39,360 nucleotides of DNA from a virus. Lineage: Duplodnaviria; Caudoviricetes. Both the position numbers and the translations under genes were made by a program. Shown one piece after another: positions 36,106-39,360 of the stretch; the first letter of the stretch is position 1, and every line of letters starts with the position of its first letter. The stretch spans positions 1-39,360 of IMG/VR virus record IMGVR_UViG_3300031922_000033; one strand, 5' to 3'. The notes under the pieces were generated by a model, which worked only from the letters and a program-made list of their open reading frames with translations, did no database searches and was not told the origin of the DNA.

Positions 36106-36720
36106 TGAGGTATAAAGATTAAGCGGATGTGACCAAGGGTAATCATTGGTCATACGAGTAGCCCAGGAGTCAAGGATATTCATGTCGCTATCAAGCACAA
36201 GATGAATTTGAATGACATCTGAGCCTGTATAGAACCAGATCTCACGCCAATAAGCGTTGTCAAGACTGAGTAATAGCTGTGTTTCATCTGCAGTATGCTG
36301 CGCCAAAAAAGCCACTTGATCTTCACTAGGTCCGGATGCGTGTTCATATCTGCCGAATTCTTCTTCAAGCTGGGCAAGAAAGTCAGGATGGGGGTAGTCC
36401 AGCATAAATGCTTGGGCTACTTCCTTACTGTACATGGAACCGCCTTCTCCCCAGTTTACGATTGAAGAGAGCTCAACACAGCGTACGATTTTAATTTGCT
36501 CTTCAACAGGAAGATCACTAACAGCGACACCAGTGTAATCTTTTTCTACTTCAATCGCCTCGGGAGCAGGATTATTATCCGGTTGTTTATCAGGTATGGG
36601 CGGGGGTTGAGCCAAATAAGAGACAGTGCATCCGCTTAGAAAAACGAGGATAGCGGATAACAACACAGCGAAAATCACAACCAACCAAAGCTTTTTGGTT
36701 CTTGAAAGTGTAAACCTCAT
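36094..36720 (-). CDS. Lipoprotein
   Basis: AAGGAGGT RBS; signal peptide with lipobox LSGC; Pro-rich linker; acidic domain. Confidence 0.8.
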   Translation of the reverse strand: MRFTLSRTKKLWLVVIFAVLLSAILVFLSGCTVSYLAQPPPIPDKQPDNNPAPEAIEVEKDYTGVAVSDLPVEEQIKIVRCVELSSIVNWGEGGSMYSKEVAQAFMLDYPHPDFLAQLEEEFGRYEHASGPSEDQVAFLAQHTADETQLLLSLDNAYWREIWFYTGSDVIQIHLVLDSDMNILDSWATRMTNDYPWSHPLNLYTSLGY

Positions 36721-36725
36721 ATTTA

Positions 36726-38003
36726 TTACCTCCTTGTGATTGTTGTCTTGATCGACTTCCACATGTCGTCCGGTACTAAGCCTAGTCGCCAAAGGGATAT
36801 CCCTTGTAACCGATAACGTTTAGCAACTCCGATTTTTTCAAGGATGCTCTCACTTGTTTCACTGTGAGCAGATATGGCTAAAATCAGTTTTTCTGCGGGA
36901 ACAACCTCAAGCGCCATCTCCACTGCCCGCACCACCCGGTTAAGCGGTTCAGGCCTTGGTCCGTAATCGTGCGCCATGATAATGATTCGGTCGGCCAGCT
37001 TGCCAAGTGCTTCATAATCGTATCCTCGATATGAGCTGTTCGGAGGATGAATTGTAAGCGTCAGGGTTTTCCCTGCGTCTCTGAGTGGTTGTGATAGCAT
37101 GGCAATAAAGCGGGTAAAGCTGTCACGGATCTGTAGTTGCGTATCTCCTGAAGCGTACCTGCCTAAGCCTTCTAGGTTTAGATTAACGCCGTGATACAAA
37201 GATGACTCTTGTACAATAGCGGCAACTGTGCGAGACATGGCCTGTTCATTGCTAAGAAAAGCGGTAAGAAACCCGTCACGGTTTGTCTCGTGAACGACCA
37301 TCTCTGTTCTGAGTCCGAATTCTTTTGCTCTGGAAAGTACTATTTCCCAATTGGGTGGGCGTAACCAAAAATGTCGTGAAGTGCGGCGGGTTAAAAGGTT
37401 GCCTTGTTCGTCTATAGTGTACCAGCCTAACGCCAATTCTCTTACAATGTCGGTGTTGCCTGGGGCTATTTCAGGAAAAGGAGCACCAAAAAGATCTAAC
37501 CAGCTGCTTGCTGCTCCAGCACCTAAAGCGTAAAAGCCAATAACGTTTATGTTGCGAGGTGGGGAACTGATGTGTATAGTGCGGGTTTCCGAGACCCAGT
37601 TTACCTTACAGCCAAATGCTTCACTGAAAAATCTCAACGGTACAAGCGTCCGGCCATTAACGATAATCGGAGGTGTATCGAGTGTTAATGGCTGGTCATT
37701 TACCATAGCAATTTTATTGTTAGCCTGAAGTGTAATTCTTGTATTGCCGTCGCTGGCTGAGATGGTGCGTGTATTGCTGTCCCAGCTTACGTTTATGTTT
37801 ATAGCTTCTGCGATTAATCGAAAAGGTACAAAAGTTCTACCGTTTACAATCTGCGGAGGCACATCAAAGCGTACCGGCAAGCCATCCAATAAAACGGTAA
37901 CAACTGGGGAATTGGCCATTGCCTGTTGATATGGTGGCACGGACAAAGATATGATAATAACAAATAGAAGTGTAGTTATTTTGAAAGCTGCTGCTCTTCT
38001 CAT
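36726..38003 (-). CDS. Exported copper-amine-oxidase-N-terminal (stalk) domain plus degenerate GH18 domain protein
   Basis: Signal peptide; GRTFVPFRLIAE and GRTLVPLRFFSE repeats; GH18 features GVNLNLE, YDY, IMAHDY, GISLWRLG. Confidence 0.85.
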   Translation of the reverse strand: MRRAAAFKITTLLFVIIISLSVPPYQQAMANSPVVTVLLDGLPVRFDVPPQIVNGRTFVPFRLIAEAININVSWDSNTRTISASDGNTRITLQANNKIAMVNDQPLTLDTPPIIVNGRTLVPLRFFSEAFGCKVNWVSETRTIHISSPPRNINVIGFYALGAGAASSWLDLFGAPFPEIAPGNTDIVRELALGWYTIDEQGNLLTRRTSRHFWLRPPNWEIVLSRAKEFGLRTEMVVHETNRDGFLTAFLSNEQAMSRTVAAIVQESSLYHGVNLNLEGLGRYASGDTQLQIRDSFTRFIAMLSQPLRDAGKTLTLTIHPPNSSYRGYDYEALGKLADRIIIMAHDYGPRPEPLNRVVRAVEMALEVVPAEKLILAISAHSETSESILEKIGVAKRYRLQGISLWRLGLVPDDMWKSIKTTITRR

Positions 38004-38026
38004 CGCTATACCCCCCTCTACTGGTT

Positions 38027-38055
38027 ATTTTACTTCATATCTACAGAGCAGTAAA
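38027..38055 (-). promoter_or_regulatory. Possible sigma-A promoter of the minus-strand cassette
   Basis: Minus strand TTTACT-17 nt-TAAAAT upstream of RBS and ATG 38003. Confidence 0.4.
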
Positions 38056-38111
38056 GCTAATTTTGGCAAGATGAAAATATTTTTAACATATGGGAAGGGA
38101 GAAATTAATTA

Positions 38112-38309
38112 ATGACAAGTTTAGAAGTGGTGACAGCAAAACATGAGGAAAGAATATCGCAAATTGAGGAGTATGTAGACAAACAGAACGGGCGGTTGGA
38201 GCGTATTGAGTCGAAGCTCGATAGGCTCTATCTGTGGTTAGTAGGGTTAATGGGGGGAATCATAGCGAGTTTGGCGTTGCTGATTATCAATATATCAGCA
38301 GGGAGGTGA
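38112..38309 (+). CDS. XhlA-like holin-associated protein
   Basis: Coiled coil plus a single C-terminal TM; start of lysis cassette. Confidence 0.7.
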   Translation: MTSLEVVTAKHEERISQIEEYVDKQNGRLERIESKLDRLYLWLVGLMGGIIASLALLIINISAGR

Positions 38310-38314
38310 AAGAG

Positions 38315-38509
38315 ATGGAAATAAACGAATACGATGTAAACAAACCTTTTTGGAGATCGAAACGGTGGTGGTTAGCTGTGATCGCAGTGTTAATACCAAT
38401 CGCAAGTCATGCGCTCGGCTGGGAGCTGGATACAGGCGAAATCATGGCGGTAATCACACCGATAGTGGTGTATATCCTTGGGCAGTCGTATGTCGATGCG
38501 AAGCATTGA
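38315..38509 (+). CDS. Holin
   Basis: GGAGGT RBS; WRSKRWW, two TMs, YILGQSYVDA. Confidence 0.8.
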   Translation: MEINEYDVNKPFWRSKRWWLAVIAVLIPIASHALGWELDTGEIMAVITPIVVYILGQSYVDAKH

Positions 38510-38529
38510 GAGAGAGGTGGTGAAAAGTT

Positions 38530-39126
38530 ATGCAGATTATAGATACAAACTTGATCACGAAACCTATCGCAAGAAGACGTATTACTAGTAGAATAGTCGT
38601 TCATCATACAGCCGGGGCAGATCATAGCGCAGCAGAAATTCATCGTATGCATTTAAACCGTGGTTTTAGCGGAATCGGTTATCACTATATCGTCCGGACT
38701 AATGGCTCAATCGAACGTGGTAGACCTGAAGAGCTGCGTGGAGCTCACGCTGGGAAGGCGAATGCTGATAGCATCGGAATAGGCTTAACGGGTAACTTTG
38801 AAAAACGGGTACCGGCAACGGCTCAGATGGACGCTCTGGCGTGGCTCATCGGGGACATACGGCAGCGACGTGGACGAGATATTACTGTGATACGTCATAG
38901 TGACGTTATGGCGACACTGTGTCCGGGCAAGTTGTTTCCTTGGGCACAATTGATGGAGAGATTACAATATCGGGAATATGTAGTCCAGCCCGGCGACACG
39001 CTGTGGTCGATAGCGGCGGCACAACTTGGTAACGGGACACGGCATCTAGAGATCCGTGAGCTGAATAGACTGACCTCGAATGCCATCTCGGTGGGACAGA
39101 AATTGAAAATCCCACGTCTGGAGTAA
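38530..39126 (+). CDS. Endolysin: Amidase_2 N-acetylmuramoyl-L-alanine amidase plus LysM
   Basis: IVVHHTA, IGYHY, GAHA, SIGI, HSD...T.CPG; YVVQPGDTLWSIA LysM. Confidence 0.95.
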   Translation: MQIIDTNLITKPIARRRITSRIVVHHTAGADHSAAEIHRMHLNRGFSGIGYHYIVRTNGSIERGRPEELRGAHAGKANADSIGIGLTGNFEKRVPATAQMDALAWLIGDIRQRRGRDITVIRHSDVMATLCPGKLFPWAQLMERLQYREYVVQPGDTLWSIAAAQLGNGTRHLEIRELNRLTSNAISVGQKLKIPRLE

Positions 39127-39158
39127 GTAAGAATTACCGTTGTATGCGATATTAATTA

Positions 39159-39187
39159 TAGACATCTTTTGGTCTTTATAGTACACT
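39159..39187 (+). promoter_or_regulatory. Sigma-A promoter of the mini-array
   Basis: TAGACA (39159-39164)-17 nt-TACACT (39182-39187), 14 nt before repeat 1. Confidence 0.7.
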
Positions 39188-39201
39188 ACAATCAGTGGGT
39201 G

Positions 39202-39292
39202 GTCGCCTCTAATGGGTGGGGCGTGGATTGAAACTATAAATTATTTATGCAACGAGGGTGGTCGCCCCTTACGCAGGGGCGTGGATTGAAAC
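39202..39292 (+). CRISPR. Type I-C CRISPR mini-array: two repeats, one 26-nt spacer, no cas genes
   Basis: R1 GTCGCCTCTAATGGGTGGGGCGTGGATTGAAAC (39202-39234); spacer TATAAATTATTTATGCAACGAGGGTG (39235-39260); R2 GTCGCCCCTTACGCAGGGGCGTGGATTGAAAC (39261-39292). Confidence 0.9.
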
Positions 39293-39345
39293 AAGCGAGC
39301 ATGCCTATAACCGCGGATCGATATTGTGACTTTATCATGGTACGG

Positions 39346-39358
39346 CTCGCCTCCACCA
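39346..39358 (+). other. Probable attR core (duplicated 3' end of tmRNA or a tRNA)
   Basis: CTCGCCTCCACCA ends in CCA like an acceptor-stem 3' strand but lacks a preceding T-arm; lies after the lysis genes. Confidence 0.55.
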
Positions 39359-39360
39359 AA

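Larger units (their letters stand above)
1..39358 (+). mobile_element. Temperate siphovirus-like prophage (integrase end outside the window)
   Basis: Canonical order: immunity, replication, packaging, head, tail, lysis, att. Confidence 0.95.

Overview
Almost complete temperate siphovirus-type prophage of a Bacillota (Firmicutes, Clostridia-like) host, read left to right: an AT-rich accessory gene with a sigma-H-like promoter; an ImmA/ImmR(CI)/Cro lysogeny switch with a perfect sigma-A promoter and repeated operators; small early genes; a PolA-type replication module (DUF2800 PD-(D/E)XK nuclease split by an A10 frameshift, DUF2815 SSB, an unannotated GIY-YIG gene with an amber at codon 3, PolA, primase/VapE helicase, TTGTTCC iteron origin, VRR-NUC, SNF2 helicase); late regulator; terminase, portal, MuF minor head protein with a JAB/MPN-like C-terminal extension, head and tail genes (with a probable +1 UUU_CGU chaperone frameshift); a GH18 tail enzyme; an inserted cassette with a second, catalytically degenerate exported GH18 and a lipoprotein; holin/amidase-LysM lysis genes; and a probable attR core (tmRNA/tRNA-like 3' end) at the right edge. 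The integrase lies outside the window. The most striking signal is non-coding: three type I-C CRISPR repeats with no cas genes. One is a solitary repeat inside the late tail operon (29577-29607), 30 nt upstream of a tail gene start. The other two form a mini-array with its own sigma-A promoter and a short 26-nt spacer next to attR (39202-39292). Together they suggest RNA-based manipulation of a host type I-C Cascade. Family assignments come from motif recognition only; no database search was run.
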